Origin: a virus
Length of the DNA stretch: 64,000 bases
IMG/VR virus record: IMGVR_UViG_3300019886_000004
Coordinates: 1-64,000 of that record
Direction: 5' to 3' (one strand)
Both the position numbers and the translations under genes were made by a program. This document shows positions 17,120 to 27,131 of the stretch, piece after piece (position 1 is the first letter of the stretch; each line of letters starts with the position of its first letter). The notes beneath the pieces are model-generated. The model saw only the letters and a list, made by a program, of their open reading frames with translations. It ran no database searches and was not told the DNA's origin.

Positions 17120-17895
17120 AATTTGGTTATCATAATATAAAAATAGGAGACACCTATACTATACCAGGACAGAAGCTTTTAGAAGACGATAGCCGAGTAA
17201 AACTAATAAAGGAAATTTTATATAATTATAAAAAATCCAACCCAACTTTAGTTGATTTAGGATCTCTAGAAGGAGGTTATAGTTTGATGGCAAATAAGCT
17301 AGGATTTAAAGTATCATCGGTTGAAGGTAGATATAAGAACTGTGAGAAAATACAATGGTTAAAGAAACTTACAGGAGCAAATTTCGATATAATCTGGGAG
17401 GATGTAAAAGACATAGATAAGTTTTCAAAAAAAGGATATGATGTAACTCTCTGTCTTGGTTTATTATATCATCTCGATAACCCTGTAGATTTTTTAACCA
17501 AAGTTGCTAGCAAAACAAATGATCTATTAGTGTTAAGCACACATTATTCTCAAAGAGTAGATAAGATGTATGACAAACTTCCTAGTCTAAGAAAAATTAA
17601 AAAAGCAATATATAAAAGGTTACCTTTCATTTTCTATAAAGCAAATTATGGTCTAGGTAAGTTAGAGGAGAATGAAGGTTTGCAAGGTAGATGGTATTGG
17701 GAGTATAATAAGAATACAAGTGATAGAAAGATAGATAAGTTACCCGCTTCATCTTTATCAAATAGTAACTCATTTTGGTTAACCAAAGAATCACTAATAG
17801 GTCTTTTAAAAGATCTAAATTTCAGCGTTGAAATAAAAGATGAATCAACTAAACATGACTCTGCTTTGTTTATATGTAAAAAAGTTAAAGCATGA
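17104..17895 (+). CDS. class I SAM-dependent methyltransferase
   Basis: LVDLGSLEGG; YDVTLCLGLLYHL. Confidence 0.85.
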   Translation: MDTEIKFGYHNIKIGDTYTIPGQKLLEDDSRVKLIKEILYNYKKSNPTLVDLGSLEGGYSLMANKLGFKVSSVEGRYKNCEKIQWLKKLTGANFDIIWEDVKDIDKFSKKGYDVTLCLGLLYHLDNPVDFLTKVASKTNDLLVLSTHYSQRVDKMYDKLPSLRKIKKAIYKRLPFIFYKANYGLGKLEENEGLQGRWYWEYNKNTSDRKIDKLPASSLSNSNSFWLTKESLIGLLKDLNFSVEIKDESTKHDSALFICKKVKA

Positions 17896-18635
17896 TTCTA
17901 ATAGATAATAAAGAAGGTTTAGTTGGAGATTTCTTAGGTACTATACCAGCCATGCAAGCACTACATAAGGATGATTCAGATGTAGTAGTTAAAGTTCATC
18001 CAGAAGCAGAAGGTTTATTTGACTTAATAAAAGGTAACGGACTTATTAAGTTTAATGATAGTATGAAAAATATTGAAAGTAAATTTGACAAAGAAATAAC
18101 ATTCAATTCATCAGAAGCTTTTGGAATAGCTAATACGTACAACTGGTACATGACCCAAGCATTTATGAAACAAGCAGGTTTGGAAGTACCGGAGATTGCA
18201 CCAAAAGCAAAACTAAATTATGGTAGTTCAAGTATACCTGTCCCTACTGTTGATTATCTTATTTCTCCGTTTGCTAGGTCTTTACCTTTGGACCAAAAAT
18301 GGCAAAGAGAAAAGTGGCAAGAGTTGGTGACTAAAATGAAAGATAAAACATTCGGAGTTCTAGGTAATTATAAGTACGATGATCCTATGTATTTAAACGG
18401 TAAGAATGTTCGCTTATTTTATTCGCTATCTTTTGATTTTCTATGTAGACTATTTATAAATTCAAAAGCTTTGATATCAGTTGTAACCGGAACTTCTCAT
18501 TTAGCATTTCATTTAGGATTAAAGAATATTCTTTTAACTAATCAGTTTATGACATGGGGTAATAATCCAGAAGCAATTAAACTAACTAGAAATATACATG
18601 ATATACAAATAAACGAAGTAATAGAAAAACTATGA
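17892..18635 (+). CDS. GT9-like (heptosyltransferase-like) glycosyltransferase
   Basis: GLVGDFL..IP; KW..EKWQEL; ISVVTGTSHLA. Confidence 0.75.
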   Translation: MILIDNKEGLVGDFLGTIPAMQALHKDDSDVVVKVHPEAEGLFDLIKGNGLIKFNDSMKNIESKFDKEITFNSSEAFGIANTYNWYMTQAFMKQAGLEVPEIAPKAKLNYGSSSIPVPTVDYLISPFARSLPLDQKWQREKWQELVTKMKDKTFGVLGNYKYDDPMYLNGKNVRLFYSLSFDFLCRLFINSKALISVVTGTSHLAFHLGLKNILLTNQFMTWGNNPEAIKLTRNIHDIQINEVIEKL

Positions 18636-18823
18636 TATCTGGAAGTGCAATATATGCAGAGAACATATATTTAAAATATAAAATGGCTTTTCAAACTAAT
18701 TGGTTTTTATTCAGTCTTAAATTTATAAATAAAGAAGAGTTAGATGAAAGAGATAATGAAACAATAAAAGTATATGAAGATGAATTAAATGGAATAAAAT
18801 TAAAACAAAATGACAGATTTTAA
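18632..18823 (+). CDS. hypothetical protein
   Basis: coupled ORF. Confidence 0.5.
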   Translation: MISGSAIYAENIYLKYKMAFQTNWFLFSLKFINKEELDERDNETIKVYEDELNGIKLKQNDRF

Positions 18824-19106
18824 AATTATATCTGACACAGAAGATGAAATTGAAATAGAATTGATACAACCAAATGATTTATTAGGTGACACTAGTTTTT
18901 GGAATGATGATGACTGGATAGAATGGAGAGAAAAAATGGCAAAACTAGAAGTTAAAAATATTAGAGGACAAATAGAAATTATTAGAATCAAACTCAAAAA
19001 AAATCCTTTTATAGATGGAAACAAGTTTTACGCAACCGATGGGATTGAAGGATCCAACAAAGATACTAAAATTGAATCTACAGACATTAACACAGGAGAA
19101 GCATAA
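18810..19106 (+). CDS. hypothetical protein
   Basis: coupled ORF. Confidence 0.55.
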   Translation: MTDFKIISDTEDEIEIELIQPNDLLGDTSFWNDDDWIEWREKMAKLEVKNIRGQIEIIRIKLKKNPFIDGNKFYATDGIEGSNKDTKIESTDINTGEA

Positions 19107-19902
19107 AGGTTTAAGGTATAACCATAATAAATTGAGGTATGATTTGTTTGAACCCAATGCCATTAAAGAATTAGCTAAGGTTTTTAGTAAAGGAGCTGAA
19201 AAGTATGAACCAAATAACTGGATGAAAGGTATGAGTTGGCAAAGTATTTTAGCATCCCTTGAGAGGCACAAAGAGGCATTTAAATTAGGAGAAGATATAG
19301 ATCCTGAAACTCAGTGTTTACATATGGCCCATGTGGCTTGGAACGCTTTAGCATTAGTTTCTTATTATTCAATTTATCCTCAAGGTGACGATCGTCCTCA
19401 TGAATATCTTAGAAGACCTAAAATTGGACTAGATATAGACGAAGTACTTTGTGACTGGGTAGGTGAATGGTGTGAGAAGTTTAATCATCCTTTAGCTGAA
19501 TCATGGAGTTTTAGTTACGATTTGAAAGATGAGTTTTCTACTTTTTCACCAGAACAGTTGAATGAGTTTTATTTAAATATACCTAGAAAAATAGAAGCAA
19601 AAGATATTCCATTTGAACCACATTGTTACATAACTTCAAGATCAGTCCCGGTAGAATTAACAAAGAAATGGATAGAGAAGAATGGTTTTCCATGTGCTCC
19701 AGTTTATAGTGTAGGTTTTGGAGTATCAAAAGTAGAAGTAGCTAAACAGAGCGGTATAGATATATTTGTAGATGATAGATTTGAAAATTTTGTAGAATTA
19801 AACAATGCTGGAATTTGTACCTATCTTTTAGATGCACCACATAACCAAAGATATAATGTAGGACATAAAAGAATAAAAGAATTAAAAGAACTTATAAAAT
19901 GA
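19015..19902 (+). CDS. DUF5664 dATP/dGTP diphosphohydrolase-like domain fused to HAD 5'-nucleotidase-like domain
   Basis: KLRYDL...GAEKY..NNW.KG...SLERH...D.DPET...H.AH.AWN; then GLDIDEVL, ITSR, IFVDD. Confidence 0.85.
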   Translation: METSFTQPMGLKDPTKILKLNLQTLTQEKHKGLRYNHNKLRYDLFEPNAIKELAKVFSKGAEKYEPNNWMKGMSWQSILASLERHKEAFKLGEDIDPETQCLHMAHVAWNALALVSYYSIYPQGDDRPHEYLRRPKIGLDIDEVLCDWVGEWCEKFNHPLAESWSFSYDLKDEFSTFSPEQLNEFYLNIPRKIEAKDIPFEPHCYITSRSVPVELTKKWIEKNGFPCAPVYSVGFGVSKVEVAKQSGIDIFVDDRFENFVELNNAGICTYLLDAPHNQRYNVGHKRIKELKELIK

Positions 19903-20642
19903 AAGTATACTACTGGAAAGGTAAAAAGAATTTTGGAGATCTTTTAAGTTCATTGTTAATAAGTAAATTTACACACTTAGATTCAAAATGGTCAGAACCA
20001 GGTGAATCAGAGTTAGTAATGGTAGGTTCAATACTTGAACATTTACCATATAATTATGAAGGAATAATTGCAGGATGCGGTGTTCTACATGAAAAAAGTG
20101 AACTAGCTTTTCCATACGCAAAAATCTTAGCTGTTAGAGGACCTTTAACAGCTAAGAAAATAAAGTATAGGAAATCAATAAGAGTATTTGGAGATCCGGG
20201 ATTATTGGCTGATGAATTAGTAGGAGATCAAGATAAGATATATGATCTCGGACTTGTACCACATTGGACAGATAAAACTTTAGAACAAAATCCAATATTT
20301 AAAAAGTTCAATCCAAGGATTATAAGAGTAGAAGATGACCCACTAGAAGTTATAAAACAAATAGGACAATGTAAAAAAATAGTAAGTTCATCTCTACATG
20401 GTATAATTTTAGCAGATGCTTTTGGAATACCAAGAAGAATTGAGATACCACCTAGAAGTTTAAGTCATCCACATCAAGAAGGTGGTTTATTTAAATGGTT
20501 GGATTACAGTGCAAGTATAGATATGAAACTTGAAATTGGAGTAACACAAGAACCTGATCGAAACATAATCATAGAAAAACAAAATGAATTATTCAATGTG
20601 TTTGAGGAAATTAAGAGCATTTTTTCTAAAGATATTTTTTAG
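19899..20642 (+). CDS. polysaccharide pyruvyl transferase (ExoV-like)
   Basis: NFGDLL, AVRGPLT, GDPGLL, SSSLHGIILADAFGIP. Confidence 0.85.
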   Translation: MKVYYWKGKKNFGDLLSSLLISKFTHLDSKWSEPGESELVMVGSILEHLPYNYEGIIAGCGVLHEKSELAFPYAKILAVRGPLTAKKIKYRKSIRVFGDPGLLADELVGDQDKIYDLGLVPHWTDKTLEQNPIFKKFNPRIIRVEDDPLEVIKQIGQCKKIVSSSLHGIILADAFGIPRRIEIPPRSLSHPHQEGGLFKWLDYSASIDMKLEIGVTQEPDRNIIIEKQNELFNVFEEIKSIFSKDIF

Positions 20643-21420
20643 CAAGTGCTACCGCGAGCAGCCAAAGATAAGCTTACTGATACCTTTTTCTTCTAAAGAT
20701 CCAGTTAGAATAAAATCTCTAAAATGGCTTCTAGAGTATTGGAGTTATGAACTTCCAGAAGCAGAGATAATAATTGGAAAATCAAGAGGTAAAGTTTTCT
20801 GTAAGGGAGAAGCACTCAATGATGCTGTTAAAAAGTCTTCCGGTAGAATACTGGTCATATTAGATGCAGATGCTTATATATCAGGTAAAGTCATTAATCA
20901 TTGTGCAGATAGAATACTTGAAGAAATATATAATCATTTATGGTATGTGCCTTATCATAATCTATACAGATTAAAAAAAGAAATAACAAAAGAAATTATA
21001 GAATCTGATCCATGGAATCCATTAAGGTTACCATCTCCTCCTCCATCTTGTTATGTGGAAGATAATGGTCATAGAAGTAAATATGGTCACAGATACGGAG
21101 CAATGATTATGATGTTTCCAAGAGAAGCTTATGAAACTCTAGGTTGTTTTGATGAAAGATTTAAGGGATGGGGTGGTGAGGATATAGCTTTACTTAGAGC
21201 ACTTGATACTTTATATGGTAAACATAAGACCACTAGAAATGATATTTTACATCTTTGGCATCCATTCATAGGTGGAGATTATAGAACAAGAATGTGGAAA
21301 GGTCAAACTTCTGGTAATATAAACAGCGAATTAGCAAATAAATATAATAGAGCAACCAGACATCCTAATAAAATGAGAAAATTGGTAAATGAAGGTTGTG
21401 AATATAAACAAAAAACATAA
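20584..21420 (+). CDS. GT-A glycosyltransferase (GT2/GT7-like)
   Basis: SLLIPF, LDAD (DxD), FDERFKGWGGED, HLWH. Confidence 0.88.
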   Translation: MNYSMCLRKLRAFFLKIFFSKCYREQPKISLLIPFSSKDPVRIKSLKWLLEYWSYELPEAEIIIGKSRGKVFCKGEALNDAVKKSSGRILVILDADAYISGKVINHCADRILEEIYNHLWYVPYHNLYRLKKEITKEIIESDPWNPLRLPSPPPSCYVEDNGHRSKYGHRYGAMIMMFPREAYETLGCFDERFKGWGGEDIALLRALDTLYGKHKTTRNDILHLWHPFIGGDYRTRMWKGQTSGNINSELANKYNRATRHPNKMRKLVNEGCEYKQKT

Positions 21421-21422
21421 AC

Positions 21423-21713
21423 ATGTCTATTAATATTTTGAAGAATGATCATTTCTATTCAATAGGTATTTATAAAGATAGTCCAACATTGGAAGAATTA
21501 AAAAAGGATAGATTAAATATTCTATTATCCATGGAGCCTATTTTAACTAGAGCTGTAAGTTATTATAATCATTTGGTAGAATTTGATCCAAAATCAGATC
21601 CTCCAAAACTTAGATGGAAAATTGATATTCTAGAACAATCATCTATAGATTATCTCAGAAGTATTTGTACCATATTAGAAAAAATATTAGAAGAACAAAC
21701 CAAGAAATACTAA
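21423..21713 (+). CDS. hypothetical protein
   Basis: ORF. Confidence 0.6.
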   Translation: MSINILKNDHFYSIGIYKDSPTLEELKKDRLNILLSMEPILTRAVSYYNHLVEFDPKSDPPKLRWKIDILEQSSIDYLRSICTILEKILEEQTKKY

Positions 21714-21731
21714 ATTAATTTATAAGATTAA

Positions 21732-21763
21732 TTTGGTAATCTCATATAAATATTGTATATTAA
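21732..21763 (+). promoter_or_regulatory. variant (phage-type) promoter
   Basis: TTTG-N20-TATATTAA; 19 nt identical to 56024-56042. Confidence 0.6.
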
Positions 21764-21782
21764 TTATATAAACCAATCAATA

Positions 21783-22055
21783 ATGGAAGATTTTAATTAT
21801 GATGAGTTCTTATTTCGAGTTAGAGATATTGAATGTGAAGTGAAAGCAATAGATGCTCAAACCGATAAGTTAAAATTAGAACGAGATAAACTTATCTATG
21901 AGTTAAACGAAATGGATAAAGTATATGAACAGCATATAAAAGAAGTAGAACCCACAAAAGAACTCAAAGAAGAAAAACCAAAAAAGTTGAAAAAGACCAA
22001 TGATAAATCTAGTGAAAACCATATTGAAGTTCAGTTCCAAGAAGGACGCTCTTAA
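21783..22055 (+). CDS. coiled-coil hypothetical protein
   Basis: likely start MEDFNY after AAACCAATCAATA leader. Confidence 0.6.
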   Translation: MEDFNYDEFLFRVRDIECEVKAIDAQTDKLKLERDKLIYELNEMDKVYEQHIKEVEPTKELKEEKPKKLKKTNDKSSENHIEVQFQEGRS

Positions 22056-22353
22056 GTTTCATTTACTAGCTATTTCGACAGAAGAGGGTTTAAAACTCTC
22101 TTCTGCTGATATAGATGTAGTAATAGAAGTATATATAAATGGATATACAAAAAATCTATTTATTACTTGTGTTAATAAAGGTTTTTTTAGAAGTGAACAA
22201 AGTGTTAGAAATTCTATAGCCAAACTTACAAAAATTGGAGTTCTTGATAAATCTAAATTCGATAGAAAAGTAAATTCTAAGTTTTTACCAGATACAAAAG
22301 AAAGTGATTTTATATTTAATTATCAAGTAAATTATGATCTACAAAAATCATAA
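22000..22353 (+). CDS. putative winged-helix DNA-binding protein
   Basis: SEQSVRNSIAKLTKIGVL; position before terminase. Confidence 0.5.
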   Translation: MINLVKTILKFSSKKDALKFHLLAISTEEGLKLSSADIDVVIEVYINGYTKNLFITCVNKGFFRSEQSVRNSIAKLTKIGVLDKSKFDRKVNSKFLPDTKESDFIFNYQVNYDLQKS

Positions 22354-22762
22354 GGATGTTTATTTAACAGTAAGTGCTAGGTATGATCTAGACTTTGATC
22401 TTGTAAGATTAATAGGAGATTTTTATTGGGCAGATATATCTAACAATATAGAAAAGTTTAAACATAGAGAACTCTATGTAAATAAACTTGGATCTTTTAG
22501 ATTTAGAAAAAAGGAATCTTTAGATTATTTATCTAAAGCAGATAGAATAGAACTAATGATGAGAAGTAATAATAGATCTGAAGAAGCTATTGAAGAAACT
22601 CTAACTAACTTAATGTATATGAAAGAAAGGATGGAAATATTATCACAAGAATGGGAAGATATAAGGTTAGAATATCATAAATACAAGGAGAAAAAATATG
22701 CTTACAGAGATTTTCAAAAACAGAAAGCAGATATGGGAAGGATTGAAGAATCGAATATTTAA
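22334..22762 (+). CDS. HU/IHF-like protein
   Basis: ELYVNKLGSFRFRK. Confidence 0.5.
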   Translation: MIYKNHKDVYLTVSARYDLDFDLVRLIGDFYWADISNNIEKFKHRELYVNKLGSFRFRKKESLDYLSKADRIELMMRSNNRSEEAIEETLTNLMYMKERMEILSQEWEDIRLEYHKYKEKKYAYRDFQKQKADMGRIEESNI

Positions 22763-23042
22763 AGACGAACACATAGAAGCAATATATGAAGAAAGATTTG
22801 AAATATGCAGAGTTTGTGAAAATCTGGATACAACCGGAGAAGGATGCCATGTTCAGGGTACAACCCCCTGCTGTAATAAGAATACCGGAGGATGTGGGTG
22901 CTCGTTGGCTCTCAAGCTTAGAAGCTTATCTTCTTCTTGCCCCATACAAAAATGGAAAGAAGTTGTAAACGAACAAGAAGAAGATATGATTAAATCACAA
23001 ATACTAAACAGTAGATTAAATGATACCCAAAACACAAGGTAA
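22698..23042 (+). CDS. Cys-rich Zn-binding protein (DUF6171-like)
   Basis: RFEICRVC...CGCSLALK....SCPIQKW. Confidence 0.65.
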   Translation: MLTEIFKNRKQIWEGLKNRIFKDEHIEAIYEERFEICRVCENLDTTGEGCHVQGTTPCCNKNTGGCGCSLALKLRSLSSSCPIQKWKEVVNEQEEDMIKSQILNSRLNDTQNTR

Positions 23043-23364
23043 AGATGTTGAATTATTTATAATTCAAGCTGTTTATAAAAAAGAAAAAATAAGAGGTAGA
23101 AATGAATTTGGTATGATTGTCAACCAAGAAAAAGAAAAATTCATAAAGGAAGTATATGCAAAGGTATGGATGGACAAAAATGAAATAGGTCCATATGGTC
23201 AGTATATAGGTTCTAAAGGAGAATTATTAAAAAATAGGACACTTCTTTTTAATAGAGTAACAGATACTTATTATAAAGTTGCTCATAGCTTAGATGAAAT
23301 TAGACAAGTGATACAATATGGTAATGCGCATATAGGATATAAAAAAGCACCAAATGAAGTTTAA
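23020..23364 (+). CDS. hypothetical protein
   Basis: coupled ORF. Confidence 0.65.
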   Translation: MIPKTQGKDVELFIIQAVYKKEKIRGRNEFGMIVNQEKEKFIKEVYAKVWMDKNEIGPYGQYIGSKGELLKNRTLLFNRVTDTYYKVAHSLDEIRQVIQYGNAHIGYKKAPNEV

Positions 23365-24109
23365 TGAAGAGAGTCATACATATTTCAATGATGATGGAGA
23401 AGTATATTTAGGTAGTACATCTTTAATTAAAAGATTTTGTAAGCCTTTTGAAAGAATGAAAATAGCCACAAAATTTGCCAAGAAACATAAAAGAACAGTA
23501 CAAGATGTATTAGATGAATGGGACAAAGCCGGTAAAGACTCTATCATAAAAGGATTAGCTTATCATAAATTAATGGAAGATGAACTTAGTGATAAACCAT
23601 ATTTAACCATAGATGAAGAAGATCATCCAATAATTAAATCACATTGGCATGAAGGATTAAAAATAAATAATAATCTAAAGTTAGAACCAGGTATTTATCC
23701 AGAACTTATAGTATGGTCAGATAAGTATAAGATAGCTGGTCAAGCGGATGAAGTTACTATCAGTAAAAAAGGATACATACATATAAAGGATTACAAGACT
23801 TCGAAAGAGATTAAGATGCGTAGTTATGAAAAGTGGGATGGTACTAGAGAAACTATGAACTTTCCTATGCATTATTTAGAAGATTGTAATTATATTCAGT
23901 ATTGTTTACAAATAAATTTATATGCTTTTTTAATTAAGCAACATAATAGAAATCTGAAAATAGGTAAAATGTCTATAGAACATATCAAAGGAGATTTTGA
24001 CGAAAGTACTGGAAAGTTTACTAATGTGGAAGTAATTTCTATAAAAGTTCCAAATATGCAGGATGATATTAAGATTTTATTAGAATATCAAAAAAACCAA
24101 ATAAATTAA
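23354..24109 (+). CDS. PD-(D/E)xK exonuclease
   Basis: FNEESHTY, G...H, PE, IAGQAD, IKDYKT, Y.LQINLY. Confidence 0.85.
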   Translation: MKFNEESHTYFNDDGEVYLGSTSLIKRFCKPFERMKIATKFAKKHKRTVQDVLDEWDKAGKDSIIKGLAYHKLMEDELSDKPYLTIDEEDHPIIKSHWHEGLKINNNLKLEPGIYPELIVWSDKYKIAGQADEVTISKKGYIHIKDYKTSKEIKMRSYEKWDGTRETMNFPMHYLEDCNYIQYCLQINLYAFLIKQHNRNLKIGKMSIEHIKGDFDESTGKFTNVEVISIKVPNMQDDIKILLEYQKNQIN

Positions 24110-24627
24110 TGGCAGGAATAGTTTTATTCGATATCCAGAATAATAAGATAACACCAACTAAACATTGTTATACAATAGGTACATTGAAGCAAATAATGGA
24201 TGAATATCCAGATGAATATTTATCTATCTACTCTTATCTTTTTTATATGAGTTGTTTAAATGATGAAGAAAATCCATTCGCAAATGTGCCAGAAAAAGAT
24301 AAAGAAGAATTAATATTAAAGGAGGTTGGAGGTGATTTTTCTACTGATAATAAATTAATATTTACTGCACTTGAACTTTGCAAAGAAATGTATTCTACAC
24401 CCAGTTATAAGTTATATTTATCTTCTAAAATTGGCATAGAAAAGATTTCAGATTATATAAGAACTACTACTATTACAGATGGTAAAGATGGTAATAATAC
24501 ATCTTATTTAAAATATATAGAGAGATTTGATGAAGTATGTAAATCTTTTGAATCTAGATGGAAAGCATTCAAAGATGAGCAAGGCGGTAGATCACGTGGT
24601 GGACATGATATAGCTTATGACCAATAA
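24109..24627 (+). CDS. conserved pre-terminase protein (candidate terminase small subunit)
   Basis: position; helical; RGG...AYDQ C-terminus. Confidence 0.45.
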   Translation: MAGIVLFDIQNNKITPTKHCYTIGTLKQIMDEYPDEYLSIYSYLFYMSCLNDEENPFANVPEKDKEELILKEVGGDFSTDNKLIFTALELCKEMYSTPSYKLYLSSKIGIEKISDYIRTTTITDGKDGNNTSYLKYIERFDEVCKSFESRWKAFKDEQGGRSRGGHDIAYDQ

Positions 24628-24633
24628 TTTATT

Positions 24634-24945
24634 ATGACTATAGATTATCTTAAAAGACTTTTTGATAAAATATATGGAGATTGTATTTTCTTAAAGAAAC
24701 CAGTAGAAGTATTAGTAACTTTAACTCCAGAACAATTTAATGATCTTAATACTGACTTATTAAAATCAACAAGTCCTCTACTTTTTTTAATTGAAGAATC
24801 AGAATATATGAAATATGATCCAGGAACAATTCTTTTTAGTAAAATAAGTATACCAAATTTTTGTGAGTTTATAATAGAAATCGGAGATCAATTTGAGTTT
24901 GGTTTATTAGATAAAGATCTAGAACATGGAGAAGAAACATTATAA
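24634..24945 (+). CDS. hypothetical protein
   Basis: ORF before TerL. Confidence 0.55.
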   Translation: MTIDYLKRLFDKIYGDCIFLKKPVEVLVTLTPEQFNDLNTDLLKSTSPLLFLIEESEYMKYDPGTILFSKISIPNFCEFIIEIGDQFEFGLLDKDLEHGEETL

Positions 24946-27128
24946 TGTATAATTCAATTCCAACATATAATTCTAAAGAAGATACATGGTCTTATACTAA
25001 TTTTGAAACAAGAGATGAATTTAAAGTTTTTGTATGGAGTAAATTTAAACCTCCTGGTGAACTAAAACTTTATAATACACAGGCATGGAGGCAGAAGGCT
25101 TCTTATTTTGAACAAAAAGGATATTACACCGATGCACCTTATAAATCCAGAGATTACATAAATTATTGGAATATAGAAAAAGAGAAATGTACAAAAGGTG
25201 TTATTATAGATGATTTTTATCTCACTCGATATTACTATTTCTGGATAAACTTTCTTAGAATAAATGATAAGAAAGTAAATAAGCTCAATTTTCCAGAAAT
25301 TCTAGATAGTCAATATTATTTCTTTTTATATGTTGATCTTTGTATACTTGAATATAAGTATGAAACTGTTGTTAAGAAACGACAATGGGGTGGAACATTT
25401 CAACATTTAGCTATTTTAATTAATGATGTTTGGTTTGAAGAAGGATATATAAATAAGATAGCGGGATCAGATGATGAATTTATTAAGGCTGATTGGGCTA
25501 TGTTAGAAGAATATAGAACTTTTTTAAATACACATACAGCATGGTATAGAGCATTCAATCCAGATAAAACATTAAATTGGCAACAGAGATGGGAGAAGAA
25601 AGTTGCTAATCGTAAAACTTTTGTTGGTAATAGTTCAATCATTAAAGGGCTTAATATGAAAATGAGTCCTTCAAAAGGTGTAGGTGGTAAGAATAATAAA
25701 TTCTACTATGAAGAAGCAGGTATAAGTAAAACAATGAATAAGACATTTACTTATATAGATCCGGCATTAAAAATAGGAGCTTTAACTACAGGTTTATTTA
25801 TGGCTTCTGGTTCTGTAGGAGAACTAGATCAGTGTGAAGATTTAAAGAAAATGGCATTTGATCCAAATGGTTATAATATTTTACCAATCCGAAATATATT
25901 CGAAGAGAATCCAGAATATTTAAATATTTGTTTTTTTGTACCAGAATATTGGAGCATGCCTCCCTATATAGATAAGGATGGCAATTCACTAATAGAAGAA
26001 TCAAAAGAGTGGTGTATAAAAGAAAGAGAAAGATTAAAAGGAGTATCAGCACCAGAAGATTATAGAATGTATGTATCTCAACATCCATTTGATTTAAATG
26101 AAGCCTTTGCTTGGAGAAAAGAATCAATATTTCCACAGGCTAAAATATTAAAGCAGCAAGAGAGAATTAATATTGAAAAAATGTTTGGTGATTCTGTAGT
26201 TTTAGATTATGCTGCTAACTCAGATAAAGTTTCTCACAAACTATCCGATCTCATACCAGTTAGAAAATTTCCATTAGGTGAAAAAGATGATAAACAAGGA
26301 TGTGTAGAAGTATGGGAATATCCGGAAGAAAATCCTAAATGGTTAACTTACTTTGCAGGAGTTGATCCTATTGCAACTGATAAAACAACAACTTCTCCTT
26401 CTTTATTTTCCATATATATATTTAAGAATTTAGTTGAAAGAACTTATCAAGATAAAGATCAAATTAAAACTAAACTAGAAGGTTATCGTCCTGTTGCTGC
26501 TTATACAGGTAGATATGATGATTTAAAAAGAGTAAATGATATAGCAGAAGCATTGATAGTTTGGTACAATGCTTTAACAGCTGTGGAAAATAATGTACCC
26601 ACTTTTATAAATCATATGCAACAGAGAGGATTACAAAAGTATCTAGCAACTAAAGATCAACTCTCTTTTATTAGTGAACTTAAAACAAATACAAATGTTT
26701 ATTCACCTTATGGTTTTAGAACAAATGAGACAATAAAAACTTACTTTATTGATATAGTATATGATTATTTAAGTGAAGAGTTAGATATTTCTATGATACC
26801 AGGTACAGATAAGATATTGAAGAAAACATATGGAGTAGAAAGAATTAGAGATATTGCATTACTAGAAGAATTAAGACAATATCATGATAAACTAAACACT
26901 GACCGATTCATAGCTTTTGCTGCCGGTTTAGCTTTAATGAAAGCATTTAGAAAATACAACTTAGGTGTGGTAAAAATAGATGATGTAAAGAAAAAAGAAG
27001 AGTTAGTAGTAAAAGAAGAACATATGGGAAGATCTTTTTTTAGTCATAAAGGTGCTTATATATATACCCAAGAAGATACAGGTATAACAACTAAGATTCA
27101 AAAATCCTATTTTAAAAATTATAAATAA
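24945..27128 (+). CDS. terL: terminase large subunit
   Basis: YYFWINF, KKRQWG (Walker A-like), YYEEAG (Walker B), YFAGVDP, VENN, NTDR. Confidence 0.92.
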   Translation: MYNSIPTYNSKEDTWSYTNFETRDEFKVFVWSKFKPPGELKLYNTQAWRQKASYFEQKGYYTDAPYKSRDYINYWNIEKEKCTKGVIIDDFYLTRYYYFWINFLRINDKKVNKLNFPEILDSQYYFFLYVDLCILEYKYETVVKKRQWGGTFQHLAILINDVWFEEGYINKIAGSDDEFIKADWAMLEEYRTFLNTHTAWYRAFNPDKTLNWQQRWEKKVANRKTFVGNSSIIKGLNMKMSPSKGVGGKNNKFYYEEAGISKTMNKTFTYIDPALKIGALTTGLFMASGSVGELDQCEDLKKMAFDPNGYNILPIRNIFEENPEYLNICFFVPEYWSMPPYIDKDGNSLIEESKEWCIKERERLKGVSAPEDYRMYVSQHPFDLNEAFAWRKESIFPQAKILKQQERINIEKMFGDSVVLDYAANSDKVSHKLSDLIPVRKFPLGEKDDKQGCVEVWEYPEENPKWLTYFAGVDPIATDKTTTSPSLFSIYIFKNLVERTYQDKDQIKTKLEGYRPVAAYTGRYDDLKRVNDIAEALIVWYNALTAVENNVPTFINHMQQRGLQKYLATKDQLSFISELKTNTNVYSPYGFRTNETIKTYFIDIVYDYLSEELDISMIPGTDKILKKTYGVERIRDIALLEELRQYHDKLNTDRFIAFAAGLALMKAFRKYNLGVVKIDDVKKKEELVVKEEHMGRSFFSHKGAYIYTQEDTGITTKIQKSYFKNYK

Positions 27129-27131
27129 AAA

